A stretch of DNA of 64,000 nucleotides from an uncultured Eubacteriales bacterium (GCA_902493345.1 CABUPM010000001.1:14126-78125), one strand, 5' to 3'. Numbered from the stretch's first letter, positions 45,303 to 56,269 are shown. Notes: a model not told the origin generated them from the letters alone. Numbers and translations: made by a program.

Positions 45303-45951
45303 GTCCCTCGTGGAAATCGGTCAGAATATAGTCTGACCGATTTTTTAGATGTTCCCAGTCAGACTGAGAGGAAGGATCATAGACGGCGCATACATAGCAG
45401 CCGCTGGCCTTGGCGCCCTGTACGGCGTGAAGTGTATCCTCAAATACCAGGCACTGCTCCGGAAGACAATGAAGCTTCTGGGCAACATGGCAGTAGAGAT
45501 CGGGATGCTCTTTGCCGCATGAAGTGACCGAAGTATCGGTCATATAATCAAATAATTCCAGCACGCCTCCGGCACGCATGGCGCTTTCGTAGAATTCCGG
45601 CGGAGAGGCCGTGGCGAGGGCCAGGAGGATTCCATGGGATTTTAGTTCACGCAGATACCAGGCGGCGCCGGGCTTCAGCTTCAGCTGATGGGCATAGGCC
45701 TCTCGGGCCATCTCCTTCCACTCCTCCACTATGGCTTCCGGCGTCTCCGGAAGGTGATACTGCTGAATGGTGTATTTGGCTCCTTCATTATATCCCATCC
45801 GCTTCATGGCCTCTGTATACTCCGGCGTGAGCGGGATCCCACGCTTTTTCAGAAACCGTTCGTCGATCTCTTCCCAGAGTCCCATGGAGTCCAGAAGGGT
45901 TCCGTCCATATCAAAAATCGCACATTTTAATCCTATCGGAAAATGAAACAT
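45262..45951 (-). CDS. HAD-superfamily hydrolase (beta-phosphoglucomutase-like subfamily IA)
   Basis: Motif I FDMDGTLLDS, motif II ATAS, motif IV FEDTLHAVQGAKASG. Its 3' end overlaps the convergent MATE gene by 41 nt. Confidence 0.8.
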   Translation of the reverse strand: MFHFPIGLKCAIFDMDGTLLDSMGLWEEIDERFLKKRGIPLTPEYTEAMKRMGYNEGAKYTIQQYHLPETPEAIVEEWKEMAREAYAHQLKLKPGAAWYLRELKSHGILLALATASPPEFYESAMRAGGVLELFDYMTDTSVTSCGKEHPDLYCHVAQKLHCLPEQCLVFEDTLHAVQGAKASGCYVCAVYDPSSQSDWEHLKNRSDYILTDFHEGPMPSAAVPTAHNT

Positions 45952-45973
45952 CGTATATCTCCTATGTAACGCA

Positions 45974-46001
45974 GCAGCCTGTCGGATCTCCGGCAGGCTG
46001 C
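45974..46001. other. GC-rich hairpin between the small ORF and the HAD gene
   Basis: GCAGCCTGTCGGA / TCCGGCAGGCTGC (one G-U). The U-tract is only on the plus strand, although both neighbours are on the minus strand. Confidence 0.4.
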
Positions 46002-46008
46002 CTGTATT

Positions 46009-46179
46009 TTATTCGTAATGATCCTGAGAACGGTTCCGGCTCTCGTTGTGGGAATGATTCTGTTCCTTCTGCTTCCGGACGCGGTTCATACTGCGGGTGT
46101 TGTCAGAATACGGCTCTTCCTTCTGCTCTTTGTTCTGACCGGTAGGACAGTTATTCTGAAAACGATTCTGATTGGACAT
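46009..46179 (-). CDS. Small highly hydrophilic protein (56 aa), not in the ORF track
   Basis: ATG 46179 lies 8 nt after TAGGAGG. Hand translation: MSNQNRFQNNCPTGQNKEQKEEPYSDNTRSMNRVRKQKEQNHSHNESRNRSQDHYE, then stop. The overlapping + ORF 46018..46200 has no RBS. Confidence 0.5.
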   Translation of the reverse strand: MSNQNRFQNNCPTGQNKEQKEEPYSDNTRSMNRVRKQKEQNHSHNESRNRSQDHYE

Positions 46180-46257
46180 TCTAAGATCCTCCTAAAATGA
46201 AATTATGAAGCCTGCGGAAATAGTCTGTCCGATCTATCGTTTTTTACACAAGGAAAA

Positions 46258-49200
46258 TTATTCTTTTTCGGTTGGAGGTGTAATTCCGGCATTACGATAA
46301 GCGACGGCCAGCATCAGCTTGATACGGTTGAGCTGGTTCACCTCCGAAGCACCGGGATCATAATCCACCGCCGCAATGTTAGCCTTCGGATACATTTTAC
46401 GGATGGGCTTGATCATGGACTTGGCGACAATGTGGTTCGGCAGGCATGCAAAAGGCTGCACACAGACGATATTATTGACGCCGTGATCCATGAGCTCTAC
46501 CATCTCCGCTGTCAAAAACCATCCTTCTCCGGTCTGATTGCCAAGAGAGATCAGCGTCTCCGCATAGCGCGCCTTGTCCTGAATATGAATCGGCGGGCGG
46601 AAGCGCTTGGAATTTTTAAGCGCGGTAACGATCGGTTTACGGTACATTTCGATTGCCGCGATTGCCAGATCCGAGATCTTTTTGGTTTTGACAGACATAC
46701 CCAGATGCTCCGCTTTAAAGGTGCTGTTATAAGCACAGTACAGGAAGAAATCCAGAAGATCCGGCACGCAGACTTCGGCTCCTTCATTCTCCAATACTTC
46801 TACCAGGTTATTATTGCCTGTCGGATGATATTTAACCAGAATCTCACCGACAATACCGACTCGCGGCTTCTGAATATCCAGCAGCGGCATGGTATCGAAT
46901 TCTTCTACCATTTTCCGGATATTCTTGCGGAAGGTGATAAGATTGCCGCTCTCTACATTGCGGGTCGCGATGGCGTTCCATTTCTCATAAAGAGCGTTCG
47001 CGGCTCCCTTTTCTGTTTCATAGGGACGTACACGGTACAAAAGATGCATGAACAGGTCGCCATAGACAAGTCCCATCATCGCACGGTTGATCAGGGCCGG
47101 AGTAAACTGAAAACCAGGATTGCTCTCCAGACCGGCCGCACTGACAGAAATGACAGGGATCTGCGGCATTCCGGCATCCCGCAGAGCTTTACGGATAAAT
47201 CCGATATAGTTTGACGCACGGCAGCCGCCGCCTGTCTGTGAGATCAGGAGGGATACATGATTGAGATCGTATTTACCGCTCTTCAGCGCGTTCATCAGCT
47301 GTCCTACGACAAGAATCGATGGATAGCAAGCGTCATTATTGACGTATTTCAGTCCTTCGTCCACAGCGTTCTGGTCCACGGACGGCAGAATCTCTACATT
47401 ATATCCGCTCTTACGGAACGCGGGCTGCAGCAGTCTGAAATGAATCGGCGACATCTGAGGCGCCAGAAGCGTATGGTTCTTCTTCATCTCCTTGGTAAAT
47501 ACGACCTTTTCAAATTCATACTTAGAAGGCCGTACGGTGCAGGCGGAAGAAGCCTGCATCTCGTCGCGCTCATCCACAGAAGCCTTCAGGGAACGCAGAC
47601 GGATTCGAATCGCGCCCAGGTTGCTGCCCTCATCGATCTTGATCATCATATAGGTCTTGCCACGGGACTTCAGAATCTCCTGTACCTGTTCAGAGGTAAC
47701 AGCGTCCACGCCGCAGCCGAAGGATACCAGATGCACCAGTTCCAGCTCCGGATGCTCGCCGACAAAATCAGCGGCATTATACAGCCGGGAATGATAGCTC
47801 CATTGATCCAGTACGCGCAGAGGACGTTCCAGATGGTTATGATGCGCAACCGCATCCTCGGACAGCACGGCCATGCCAAGGCTGGTGATAATCTTTTCCA
47901 GGCCATGGTTGATCTCCGGGTCCACATGATAGGGGCGGCCGGCCAGGACGATTCCTTTGCGGTTCTTTTCTTTCAGCCAAGCCAGGATGGTGTCTCCCTG
48001 CTGGCGTACATCTTCACGATAATGTTCCCGCTCCTTGTAGGCTTCATCCAGCGCGGAAGAAACCTCTTCTGGAGTGAGTCCGTCATAATGTTCTGAAAGT
48101 GTTTTGAAGAGCTCCTTTGCGACACTCTCCGGATTGTCCAGATTGAGGAAGGGATTCATGAATGTGATATGCTCCTCCTCCAGGGCTTCTACATTGTGCT
48201 TGACTGTCTCCGGATAAGAGGTTACGATCGGGCAGTTATAGTGATTATCGGCCCGCTTCTCCTCTTTTACCTCATAGAACACACAGGGATAGAAAATGCT
48301 TTTGATTCCCTTGTGAATCAGATTCATAATGTGTCCGTGTACGAGTTTGGCGGGATAGCATACGGACTCAGAAGGAATGGTCTCCATACCCTCTTCAAAA
48401 ATGGCCTTGGAAGAACGGGCGGAGATCTGTACACGAAAGCCCAGCTGTGTAAAGAATGTAAACCAGAACGGGTAATTCTCATACATATTCAGGGCCCGCG
48501 GCAGTCCGATAACCCCCCGCTTGGCGTCTTCCGCCTTCAGGGGCTTATAATAGGCGAACAGCCGGCGATATTTATAATCATACATGTTCGGGATCTTTTC
48601 GATCGTTTTTTCGTCCTTGCCGGCACCGCGTTCACAGCGATTGCCGGAGACAAAACGTCGGGTTCCGAAATCATTGATGGTAAGCAGACAGTTGTTGGAA
48701 CACTGTCCGCAGCGTGTCAACTCGGTCTCATAGGTGAAATCCTTCAGCTCCTCCGGACTGATCAGATTGCTGCGGGAATGTCCATCCCATTTGTTCTGAG
48801 CGATCAATGCCGCGCCAAAAGCGCCCATGATTCCGGCGATATCCGGACGTACAACATCATGGCCCGTGATCTTCTCAAAGGCACGAAGCACGGCGTTATT
48901 GTAGAAGGTTCCGCCCTGAACGATAATCTTATCGCCCATCTCAGCATAGTCACGGATCTTGATAACCTTCTGCAGAGCATTTTTTATGACAGAATATGAC
49001 AATCCTGCGGAAATATCGCCGACACTTGCACCCTCTTTTTGCGCCTGCTTGACGCGGGAATTCATGAATACCGTACATCTGGAGCCCAGATCGATCGGGT
49101 ACGGCGCCATAAGCGCCTCAGAGGCGAAATCCTGAATCTTCATATTCAGAGACTGTGCAAAGTTTTCCAGGAAGGAACCGCAGCCGGAGGAACAGGCCTC

Positions 49201-50523
49201 GTTCAGAAGAATGTCCTGAATCACCTGGTCCTGGATACGGATGCACTTCATGTCCTGTCCTCCGATATCCAGAATAAAGGAGACGCCGGGCAGGAAATGC
49301 TCTGCGGCCTTATAGTGAGCCATGGTCTCGATCTCACCCATATCTACATTATAAGCGGCCTGAATCAGCTTTTCACCGTAACCAGTGACACAGCTTCTGG
49401 CAATGTAAGCATCATGAGGCAAAACATTGTAGATTTCGCTCAGGATGGAACGGACCTTGTCCAGAGGACTGCCCTCGTTGGATCCGTAGTAGGTATAGAG
49501 GATCTCCCGATCCGTACCCATTACGACGGCCTTGGTGGTTGTAGAACCAGCGTCGATTCCGACAAATACAGGTCCCACGGTCTCCGTCAGGTTCCCACGG
49601 GCAACCCGGTCCTTCTCATGACGCTGTACAAATTGAAAATATTCATTTTCGTCTTTGAATAGCGGCTCCAGGCGGTGTACCTCATGGTCCGCTTCATTTT
49701 CCATATGCTGCGCGCCCTGGTAGATCTCATCAAAATCATGGACCTTTCCGTTCCAGGAACAGAACGCGGCGCCCATGGCCACAAAGAGCTGAGAATTCTC
49801 CGGCACAATGATATGCTCCGGAGTCAAATGCAGCGTCTCAATAAAACGATGGCGCAGCTGCGGCAGAAAGTACAGAGGACCTCCCAGAAAAGCAATGTTA
49901 CCGCGAATGGGCTTGCCGCAGGCCAGTCCAGCGATGGTCTGGTTGACTACGGATTGAAAAATGGATGCCGCGATATCTTCGCGGTTGGCGCCCTCGTTTA
50001 AAAGCGGCTGAATATCTGTCTTGGCAAATACACCGCAGCGGGCCGCGATGGGATAAATGGTCGTAGCCTTTTCAGCGAGCTGATTGAGTCCAGACGCATC
50101 GGTCATCAGAAGCATAGCCATCTGATCGATAAAGGCTCCTGTACCTCCGGCACAGGTACCATTCATCCGCTGCTCGATGGAGCCGCCGAAATAGGTGATC
50201 TTGGCATCCTCTCCGCCCAGCTCGATGGCAACATCCGTCTGCGGAATCAGGGTCTCTACGGTCTTGGTGCAGGCAATGACTTCCTGTACAAAGGGGATAT
50301 TCAGCCAACGGGATACCAATAGACCGCCGGAACCAGTGACATGAATGGTACACTGCTGTCCATGGAGCACCTGTTCGTATGCGCGCCCAATGACAGCGCT
50401 GATCGTTTCTTTTATATTTGCATAATGTCTCTGGTACTCACTGTAGACCAGATTCTTATCCTCGTCCAATACGGCGATTTTTACTGTTGTAGATCCTACA
50501 TCAAATCCTACGTGATATATCAA
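46258..50523 (-). CDS. Giant fusion: two BcrA/BadF/HgdC-type activase ATPase modules plus a dehydratase-component-like C-terminal half (1421 aa)
   Basis: [13 protein letters not shown] and [13 protein letters not shown] phosphate-1 motifs. Cluster-helix Cys pairs [17 protein letters not shown] and [19 protein letters not shown] start 9 nt after AAGGAG. Confidence 0.8.
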   Translation of the reverse strand: MIYHVGFDVGSTTVKIAVLDEDKNLVYSEYQRHYANIKETISAVIGRAYEQVLHGQQCTIHVTGSGGLLVSRWLNIPFVQEVIACTKTVETLIPQTDVAIELGGEDAKITYFGGSIEQRMNGTCAGGTGAFIDQMAMLLMTDASGLNQLAEKATTIYPIAARCGVFAKTDIQPLLNEGANREDIAASIFQSVVNQTIAGLACGKPIRGNIAFLGGPLYFLPQLRHRFIETLHLTPEHIIVPENSQLFVAMGAAFCSWNGKVHDFDEIYQGAQHMENEADHEVHRLEPLFKDENEYFQFVQRHEKDRVARGNLTETVGPVFVGIDAGSTTTKAVVMGTDREILYTYYGSNEGSPLDKVRSILSEIYNVLPHDAYIARSCVTGYGEKLIQAAYNVDMGEIETMAHYKAAEHFLPGVSFILDIGGQDMKCIRIQDQVIQDILLNEACSSGCGSFLENFAQSLNMKIQDFASEALMAPYPIDLGSRCTVFMNSRVKQAQKEGASVGDISAGLSYSVIKNALQKVIKIRDYAEMGDKIIVQGGTFYNNAVLRAFEKITGHDVVRPDIAGIMGAFGAALIAQNKWDGHSRSNLISPEELKDFTYETELTRCGQCSNNCLLTINDFGTRRFVSGNRCERGAGKDEKTIEKIPNMYDYKYRRLFAYYKPLKAEDAKRGVIGLPRALNMYENYPFWFTFFTQLGFRVQISARSSKAIFEEGMETIPSESVCYPAKLVHGHIMNLIHKGIKSIFYPCVFYEVKEEKRADNHYNCPIVTSYPETVKHNVEALEEEHITFMNPFLNLDNPESVAKELFKTLSEHYDGLTPEEVSSALDEAYKEREHYREDVRQQGDTILAWLKEKNRKGIVLAGRPYHVDPEINHGLEKIITSLGMAVLSEDAVAHHNHLERPLRVLDQWSYHSRLYNAADFVGEHPELELVHLVSFGCGVDAVTSEQVQEILKSRGKTYMMIKIDEGSNLGAIRIRLRSLKASVDERDEMQASSACTVRPSKYEFEKVVFTKEMKKNHTLLAPQMSPIHFRLLQPAFRKSGYNVEILPSVDQNAVDEGLKYVNNDACYPSILVVGQLMNALKSGKYDLNHVSLLISQTGGGCRASNYIGFIRKALRDAGMPQIPVISVSAAGLESNPGFQFTPALINRAMMGLVYGDLFMHLLYRVRPYETEKGAANALYEKWNAIATRNVESGNLITFRKNIRKMVEEFDTMPLLDIQKPRVGIVGEILVKYHPTGNNNLVEVLENEGAEVCVPDLLDFFLYCAYNSTFKAEHLGMSVKTKKISDLAIAAIEMYRKPIVTALKNSKRFRPPIHIQDKARYAETLISLGNQTGEGWFLTAEMVELMDHGVNNIVCVQPFACLPNHIVAKSMIKPIRKMYPKANIAAVDYDPGASEVNQLNRIKLMLAVAYRNAGITPPTEKE

Positions 50524-50622
50524 AACAATCTAACTCCTTTAAAACTTTCTTCATACTGATCCTATTCTATTTTAAGTTCCAAAGTGAATTTTGTCAAGCC
50601 TTTCCCCTGGGTTTTCAAGAGA

Positions 50623-50662
50623 AAAAAGATGAATTATTTCCTGGGAAATAATTCATCTTTTT
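50623..50662 (-). terminator. Terminator after the deacetylase gene
   Basis: Perfect 18-bp stem AAAAAGATGAATTATTTC / GAAATAATTCATCTTTTT with a 4-nt loop; U-run on the minus-strand RNA. Confidence 0.75.
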
Positions 50663-50690
50663 GGCTTATTTACGCTGAAAATCGGCTAGA

Positions 50691-51494
50691 TCAAAACCGC
50701 AGCTGGGTTCCCGGCTCTACGCAGTAATGCTTCTTATTGACTTCAACCCATAACGGAGTCGCGGACGGGTTATAGCAGAATGTACCGTCGGCAGAGAAAC
50801 GTAAGGTATCCCAGGCCTTCAGGTAATCTACAATCTCGATATTGGTTGCGTACCAGATATTATCCTGACCGCCCATCATCTCGCAGAATTCCTCGATCAG
50901 TTCCCAATTATCGTGTGTTCTGAATTCATAGCTGTGTCCCCAAACATACATCATGTAGAGATACTGCGTCTTATTCAAATCTAAAAAGCGGCGGCCGTTT
51001 TCCAATAGATTGTGATTGTGATGGCAGGTGGACTTCCACTCCATGAAGTTGTCAGGCATGGCAAAGCCCTGTGTTTCGGCGACGGTACGGGAATACTCTA
51101 TGCCGCACAGCCGCATAGCCTCCTCAATCTCCTTGGTATAGGAGCCATTAGGATAGGACATGCCGCGTACCGTATACCCCGCCACCGCTTCCAAGGCCTT
51201 GCGGTCTTCCAGGGTCTGAGCGATGACCTGGCTCATCGGGCAGCGCTCAATGGTTGGATGCGTATAGGTGTGACAGGCGATTTCCATCCCGTCATAGAGC
51301 TCTCGAATCTGCTCCAGAGGAAGACGGCCCTTCTCTGGGTCGCCATACAGGCCGGCATTGAGATGGAATGTGCCCTTGATTCCATTCTTGCGGAAGATCT
51401 CAACCAGACGGACATCCTCCGGCTTACCGTCATCATAGCTCATGGTCAGGACTTTGTGGCGTCCTCCGGGGAAACATTTATAGATCGTATCCAT
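50691..51494 (-). CDS. Polysaccharide deacetylase (NodB-fold) family protein
   Basis: MSYDDG (TFDDG-type motif 1) and CHTYTHP (HxxxH motif 2). Confidence 0.8.
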   Translation of the reverse strand: MDTIYKCFPGGRHKVLTMSYDDGKPEDVRLVEIFRKNGIKGTFHLNAGLYGDPEKGRLPLEQIRELYDGMEIACHTYTHPTIERCPMSQVIAQTLEDRKALEAVAGYTVRGMSYPNGSYTKEIEEAMRLCGIEYSRTVAETQGFAMPDNFMEWKSTCHHNHNLLENGRRFLDLNKTQYLYMMYVWGHSYEFRTHDNWELIEEFCEMMGGQDNIWYATNIEIVDYLKAWDTLRFSADGTFCYNPSATPLWVEVNKKHYCVEPGTQLRF

Positions 51495-51943
51495 GTAATT
51501 TTACCTCCAATTCTTGAGATGAGACAATATAAAACTGATCCCAGCGCGGCTCCGCAGGTATCGATTCCGACATCCACGGCGCTCATATGCCTTCCGCCGA
51601 TAAAATACTGATGCAATTCGTCGGAACCAGCATAGAGGAATGAGATCAGAACCGCGAGTATCAAACAGGAAAGCATGGGCCTTCCCATACGCCGGAAAAG
51701 ATTCATGAGGAGAACGGACAGAATCAGATATTCTGTAAAGTGGCCGCCCTTACGGACACATAAGTGCAGAATATCCGCAAATGGGGAATCAGGCGCTGAA
51801 CCGAAAAGGGACAGAACCCAATCCGTTATGGTCCTGCTCATGGCTCCGGACTGCTCTCCGTTTTGCGAGGAGAACCAGAAGATGATTCCCATCCATAGGA
51901 GAACCGCAGCCAATGAGATCAGGATTTTATATTTAGGCTTCAT
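51446..51943 (-). CDS. VanZ-family membrane protein
   Basis: 165 aa, 4 TM; ...KGGHFTEYLILS... and SDELHQYFIGGRHMSAVDVGIDTCGAALG typical of VanZ. Confidence 0.8.
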   Translation of the reverse strand: MKPKYKILISLAAVLLWMGIIFWFSSQNGEQSGAMSRTITDWVLSLFGSAPDSPFADILHLCVRKGGHFTEYLILSVLLMNLFRRMGRPMLSCLILAVLISFLYAGSDELHQYFIGGRHMSAVDVGIDTCGAALGSVLYCLISRIGGKITWIRSINVSPEDATKS

Positions 51944-52790
51944 TGACCTTCATGACAATCCGCTCAGCAGCCTGCTCAAAATACGGAACCTGTACCTCTT
52001 CGATCTTACCGGCATCCGCCGCCGCTGCCAGAGAAGCATCCATCGGCACCTGCTCCAGCACTTCCAGACCATGACGTTCCGCAACTTCTGCCACATGGCT
52101 TTCGCCGAAGATACGGATGACCTTGCCGCAGTCCGGACATAGGACATAACTCATATTTTCAATAATGCCCAGCACCTTCAGATTCATTGCCGCAGCCATA
52201 TTAACAGCCTTTTCTACGATCATGGAGACCAGCTCCTGCGGTGATGTTACGATTACGATACCATCCAGCGGAATGCTCTGGAATACCGTCAGCGGAACAT
52301 CTCCTGTACCCGGAGGCATGTCGATCAGCATATAGTCGATATCTTCCCAGATCACATCGGTCCAGAACTGCTTGACGGTTCCGGCAATGATAGGACCGCG
52401 CCAGATGACAGGCGATGTCTCATCTTCCATCAGGAGGTTCAGGCTCATTACCTGAATTCCGCCCTTGGAGCTTCCGGGAATTAGACCATCCGCACAGGCC
52501 ATAGCGTCTTTAACCCCAAACGCTTTGGGAATGGAGGGACCGGTGATATCCGCATCCAGGATGCCGACTTTATATCCCATACGATGCAGAGTAACCGCAA
52601 GTTCTGAGGTAACCATGGACTTCCCTACGCCGCCCTTGCCGCTGACAACAGCGATTACCTTTTTGATATGGCTCTTTTCATGAGGCTTCTCCAGGAGACT
52701 CTTGGGGTCTCTGGAAGGACAGCTTTGACCGCATGAAGAACAATCATGCGTACATTCCTCCGCTACTTGTTGATTTTCCTGATTTTCCAT
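51933..52790 (-). CDS. Mrp/NBP35/ApbC-family Fe-S cluster carrier ATPase
   Basis: Deviant Walker A SGKGGVGKS, CPDCG motif and an N-terminal CxxC-rich segment. AGGAGG RBS. Confidence 0.9.
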   Translation of the reverse strand: MENQENQQVAEECTHDCSSCGQSCPSRDPKSLLEKPHEKSHIKKVIAVVSGKGGVGKSMVTSELAVTLHRMGYKVGILDADITGPSIPKAFGVKDAMACADGLIPGSSKGGIQVMSLNLLMEDETSPVIWRGPIIAGTVKQFWTDVIWEDIDYMLIDMPPGTGDVPLTVFQSIPLDGIVIVTSPQELVSMIVEKAVNMAAAMNLKVLGIIENMSYVLCPDCGKVIRIFGESHVAEVAERHGLEVLEQVPMDASLAAAADAGKIEEVQVPYFEQAAERIVMKVNEA

Positions 52791-52802
52791 TACAATATCC
52801 TC

Positions 52803-53924
52803 CTACAGCTTTCTTTTATAATACATATAGAATTGGCATTGCAGCATGCCGTTATACAGCTTTCTCTTTCGATCGGCCGCTCTTCCAAAAAAGTGCTCAA
52901 AATCGGGATGAGAAGTGATGATATAATAACTGTTTCCGGCCCGCTGCGGCAGCCTCTCCCCCATGATCTGATACAATGCTTCGGCTTCTTCTTTTTCCAT
53001 CATGCGTTCGCCATACGGCGGGTTACATATCACAATGACGGGCGTATCGGAAGGCAGCCGATACCTCCGCATATCCAGCCGACTGACCCGAATCAGATCA
53101 TCGACATGCGCTTTTTTCGCGTTTTCGCGGGTCAGGTTGACAGCCTTCTGGTCGATATCCGAACCCAACCCGTGAAAATCCACATCTTTACGAATCAGTG
53201 CTTTGGCCGCTGCCCGTTCCTGTTTGAAAATATCTTCCGGAAAACAGCTCCACTTCTCACACGCAAAACGGCGCATCAAACCGGGACTGATATTTCGTGC
53301 CTTCATGGCAGCCTCGATTAAGATGGTGCCGGATCCGCACATCGGATCGACCACGGTACTGCCGGAGCGTACATGAGCCAGGTCCACCATACCGGCGGCC
53401 AGTGTCTCACGCAGCGGGGCCTCATTGGCATTGGCACGGTATCCGCGCTTATGCAGTCCCGGGCCGCTGGTATCCAGCAGAATCATGACCTCATCCTTCA
53501 TGATGGAGAACTGGACCTGTACGGTGGGACCGCTCTCTTCAAACCATTCAATCTTATAACGCTCGCTGAGACGCGTTACGATCGCTTTTTTAATAATACT
53601 CTGACAATCGGGTACACTATGCAGTACGGAATTGAGAGACCAGCCTTTAACGGGGAACGCGTCCGTCTTGCCCAGCCACTGCTCCCATTCGATCGCGCGT
53701 ACTCCCTGAAACAGCTCCTCAAAGGAAGTCGCCGTAAAGGAAGAAAGCAGAAGCAAAACCCGCTCGCCCATCCGGCTGCGGATGTTGGCACGGGCAATCT
53801 CTTCAAAATCGCCGTCAAAGAATACCCGGCCGTTTTCGGCTGAGACATTCTCCATGCCGATATATCGCAGCTCATCGGCTGCCAGTCCCTCCAGCCCGAA
53901 CAGGGTCGGAACCACCAGTCTCAT
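52803..53924 (-). CDS. THUMP-domain class I SAM-dependent RNA methyltransferase (RlmL/YpsC-like)
   Basis: THUMP N-terminus, SAM motif DPMCGSGT and catalytic NPPYGER. Confidence 0.85.
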   Translation of the reverse strand: MRLVVPTLFGLEGLAADELRYIGMENVSAENGRVFFDGDFEEIARANIRSRMGERVLLLLSSFTATSFEELFQGVRAIEWEQWLGKTDAFPVKGWSLNSVLHSVPDCQSIIKKAIVTRLSERYKIEWFEESGPTVQVQFSIMKDEVMILLDTSGPGLHKRGYRANANEAPLRETLAAGMVDLAHVRSGSTVVDPMCGSGTILIEAAMKARNISPGLMRRFACEKWSCFPEDIFKQERAAAKALIRKDVDFHGLGSDIDQKAVNLTRENAKKAHVDDLIRVSRLDMRRYRLPSDTPVIVICNPPYGERMMEKEEAEALYQIMGERLPQRAGNSYYIITSHPDFEHFFGRAADRKRKLYNGMLQCQFYMYYKRKL

Positions 53925-53953
53925 ATATATACCCTCCGATAGATTATTTTGGA

Positions 53954-55036
53954 TTAGAAATGCTTTTTCGCAAAGTCCATGGTCTTGGCGCCGTTATACT
54001 GATGACCGCCCGGCCAGAAATTGGTCTCCAGATTATCTTCCTTGCCGTAGACAGCGTACATTTTGCGCAGAAGGCCAGCAGCTTCCTCAACATTGACAAT
54101 GCCGCCATGTCCGTTCAGCCCGTCTTCGGTTCCGTTTTCGTAGAGCATGGGACGCGGAACAATCAACCCGGCGACATCGCTGAGCTCCATGGTCTTAAAG
54201 AGATCCGGCACGAAATTGCACGCGCACATATGGTTATAGAGCATTCCGCCCTTGAATTTGTGCAGATAGCCGCCGGCATATCCCCATACGATCCGTTCAT
54301 CCAGCGCGGTCGTATAGATCGTCTGCTCGCCGCCGCCGGAAAATCCCATCATGGCTGCTTCACTACAATACTCCTGCGCCAGCATATAGTCAACAATCCG
54401 CATATGATCCCAGACAAACAATCCGAGAAGTGTCAGACCGCAGGCCTCCGCCGCGTCCGAGAGCACAGCGCAATCGCAATTTCCATAGACAGCGTCATCC
54501 TTGGTCCTTCTCTCTCCAAAGCCCCACATATCGGGAGCAAATACCATATATCCGGCCTTGGCCATGATATCGCCGTAGCATTTCGCGTTCTTCAGACGCG
54601 CCAGCATCTCCGGAACCTTGGAGGTCCCGACAACACTGTCCTTTCCAGGGCCGTGTCCATGCGCCGCGAGAATGCAGGGATGCTTGACCGTCTTATCATA
54701 TCCATCCGGAATCAGCACAAACAGAGGCATATGAATGCCGGGCAGTGTCTCCATGATCCAATGCTCTCTTGTATAGCCGTCGCAGGCCACACGCTCGGTA
54801 ACCTCGACAGAAGGAGCCGGAAGCGGAAGAACATGACAATCCTCGTCCAGACGCTTCATGCCGAAGCGCTCGCCAACCTCTTGCAAACGCAGAAGCTCAA
54901 CGACCTTGGCTCGGATTATCGCCTGCTTTTTCTCAAAAGCCTGTTCCGATACAAGGTCCTGATCGGTTACACGAAATTCATCGCTGCGCGCGTCCAGGAT
55001 CGATTCGAAAAAGTTTACCATTTCTGTGTTTAACAT
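53954..55036 (-). CDS. Alpha/beta hydrolase (acetyl-xylan-esterase / dienelactone-hydrolase-like)
   Basis: Nucleophile elbow GFSGGG and AHGHG. ATG 55036 (MLNTEMV) after AGGGGG. Confidence 0.7.
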   Translation of the reverse strand: MLNTEMVNFFESILDARSDEFRVTDQDLVSEQAFEKKQAIIRAKVVELLRLQEVGERFGMKRLDEDCHVLPLPAPSVEVTERVACDGYTREHWIMETLPGIHMPLFVLIPDGYDKTVKHPCILAAHGHGPGKDSVVGTSKVPEMLARLKNAKCYGDIMAKAGYMVFAPDMWGFGERRTKDDAVYGNCDCAVLSDAAEACGLTLLGLFVWDHMRIVDYMLAQEYCSEAAMMGFSGGGEQTIYTTALDERIVWGYAGGYLHKFKGGMLYNHMCACNFVPDLFKTMELSDVAGLIVPRPMLYENGTEDGLNGHGGIVNVEEAAGLLRKMYAVYGKEDNLETNFWPGGHQYNGAKTMDFAKKHF

Positions 55037-55118
55037 TGTACTGTACCCCCTATATATAATCTTTATTCCATAGTATACCACAATTTTCGTCAGGATTCAA
55101 TTTTTATTTTAAAACTTA

Positions 55119-55147
55119 TGGAAAATAGGATGCAAATGCTGTATAAT
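55119..55147 (+). promoter_or_regulatory. Sigma-A-type promoter for pfkA
   Basis: TGGAAA-17 nt-TATAAT. Confidence 0.45.
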
Positions 55148-55187
55148 AAAGGTAAGAATGATTCAGAAAGTGAGGACTGGATGGAGA

Positions 55188-56261
55188 ATGAAACGTAGAA
55201 TTGGAATCTTAACCAGCGGCGGAGATTGTCCTGGACTGAATGCCGCGATCCGCGGAGTTGCCAGGGCCAGCTATGAGCTCTTTGACGCAGAATTTGTCGG
55301 AATCGCGGATGGTTACCGAGGTTTGATCGAGGGGGACTATCGGGAGATGCAGCGCAGTGAGTTCAGCGGTATTCTGACCCTGGGAGGCACCATTCTGGGA
55401 ACGTCGCGTCAGCCCTACCGCAATATGCGTATTATTGAAGAGGACAACGTAGATAAAGTAGCCGCTATGAAGGATAATTACAAGAAGATGAAGCTGGACT
55501 GTCTGGTTACCCTGGGAGGGAACGGAACGCATAAAACAGCCAATCTGCTCTCAGAGGAAGGTCTCAATGTAATTGGCCTGCCCAAGACGATCGACAATGA
55601 TATCTGGGGAACGGATGTCACTTTCGGATTTCATACAGCGGTCGATATCGCAACCGATGTTGTGGACCGGATCCATACGACAGCGAACAGTCATGGTCGG
55701 ATCATGGTCATAGAGCTGATGGGAAATAAGGCCGGCTGGCTTACGCTCTATGCCGGAATCGCCGGCGGCGCGGATATTGTACTTTTGCCGGAGATCCCTT
55801 ACAGCATCGACAGTGTTATCGCATCCATTGAGCGAAGAATCTCCAATCACCGCAGCTTTACGATCATCGCGATCGCGGAAGGCGCATATGATAAGGCGCT
55901 GGCTGATAAAAAACGCAAGGAACGCGCACAGGTCCTGAAGGATGGAAACTTCCCGTCGGTTTCCTATTATCTGGCCAATCAGATTCAAAGCCGCACCGGT
56001 CTAGAGACACGGGTTGTCGTGCCGGGGCATTATCAGAGAGGCGGTTCCCCTTCTCCCTATGACCGTATCCTCTCGACACAGTTCGGAAGCTATGCTGCCC
56101 ATCTGATTCAGGCAGAAAATTATGGACAAGCCGTCGCGATGAAGAACGGACAGATCACCTGCAATCCTCTGAAGGATATCGCGGGCAAGACCAAATTTGT
56201 CCCCAAGGATCACCAGATGATTCATTGCGGCAGAGATATTGGTATTTCTTTCGGAGAATAA
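55188..56261 (+). CDS. pfkA: 6-phosphofructokinase (PFK-A family; phosphoryl donor not determinable here)
   Basis: GILTSGGDCPGLNAAIRG, GGNGT and PKTIDND motifs. Start at ATG 55188. Confidence 0.85.
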   Translation: MKRRIGILTSGGDCPGLNAAIRGVARASYELFDAEFVGIADGYRGLIEGDYREMQRSEFSGILTLGGTILGTSRQPYRNMRIIEEDNVDKVAAMKDNYKKMKLDCLVTLGGNGTHKTANLLSEEGLNVIGLPKTIDNDIWGTDVTFGFHTAVDIATDVVDRIHTTANSHGRIMVIELMGNKAGWLTLYAGIAGGADIVLLPEIPYSIDSVIASIERRISNHRSFTIIAIAEGAYDKALADKKRKERAQVLKDGNFPSVSYYLANQIQSRTGLETRVVVPGHYQRGGSPSPYDRILSTQFGSYAAHLIQAENYGQAVAMKNGQITCNPLKDIAGKTKFVPKDHQMIHCGRDIGISFGE

Positions 56262-56269
56262 AATAAAAG

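Noticed and set aside
46018-46200. 60-aa hydrophobic + strand ORF
   Set aside because: It has no RBS and lies on the opposite strand to all its neighbours. The minus strand carries an RBS-led 56-codon ORF over the same DNA.
46432-49662. Series of 200-280-aa + strand ORFs inside the 1421-aa gene
   Set aside because: They are fragmented antisense shadows. The uninterrupted 4.3-kb minus-strand frame with duplicated activase motifs is the real gene.
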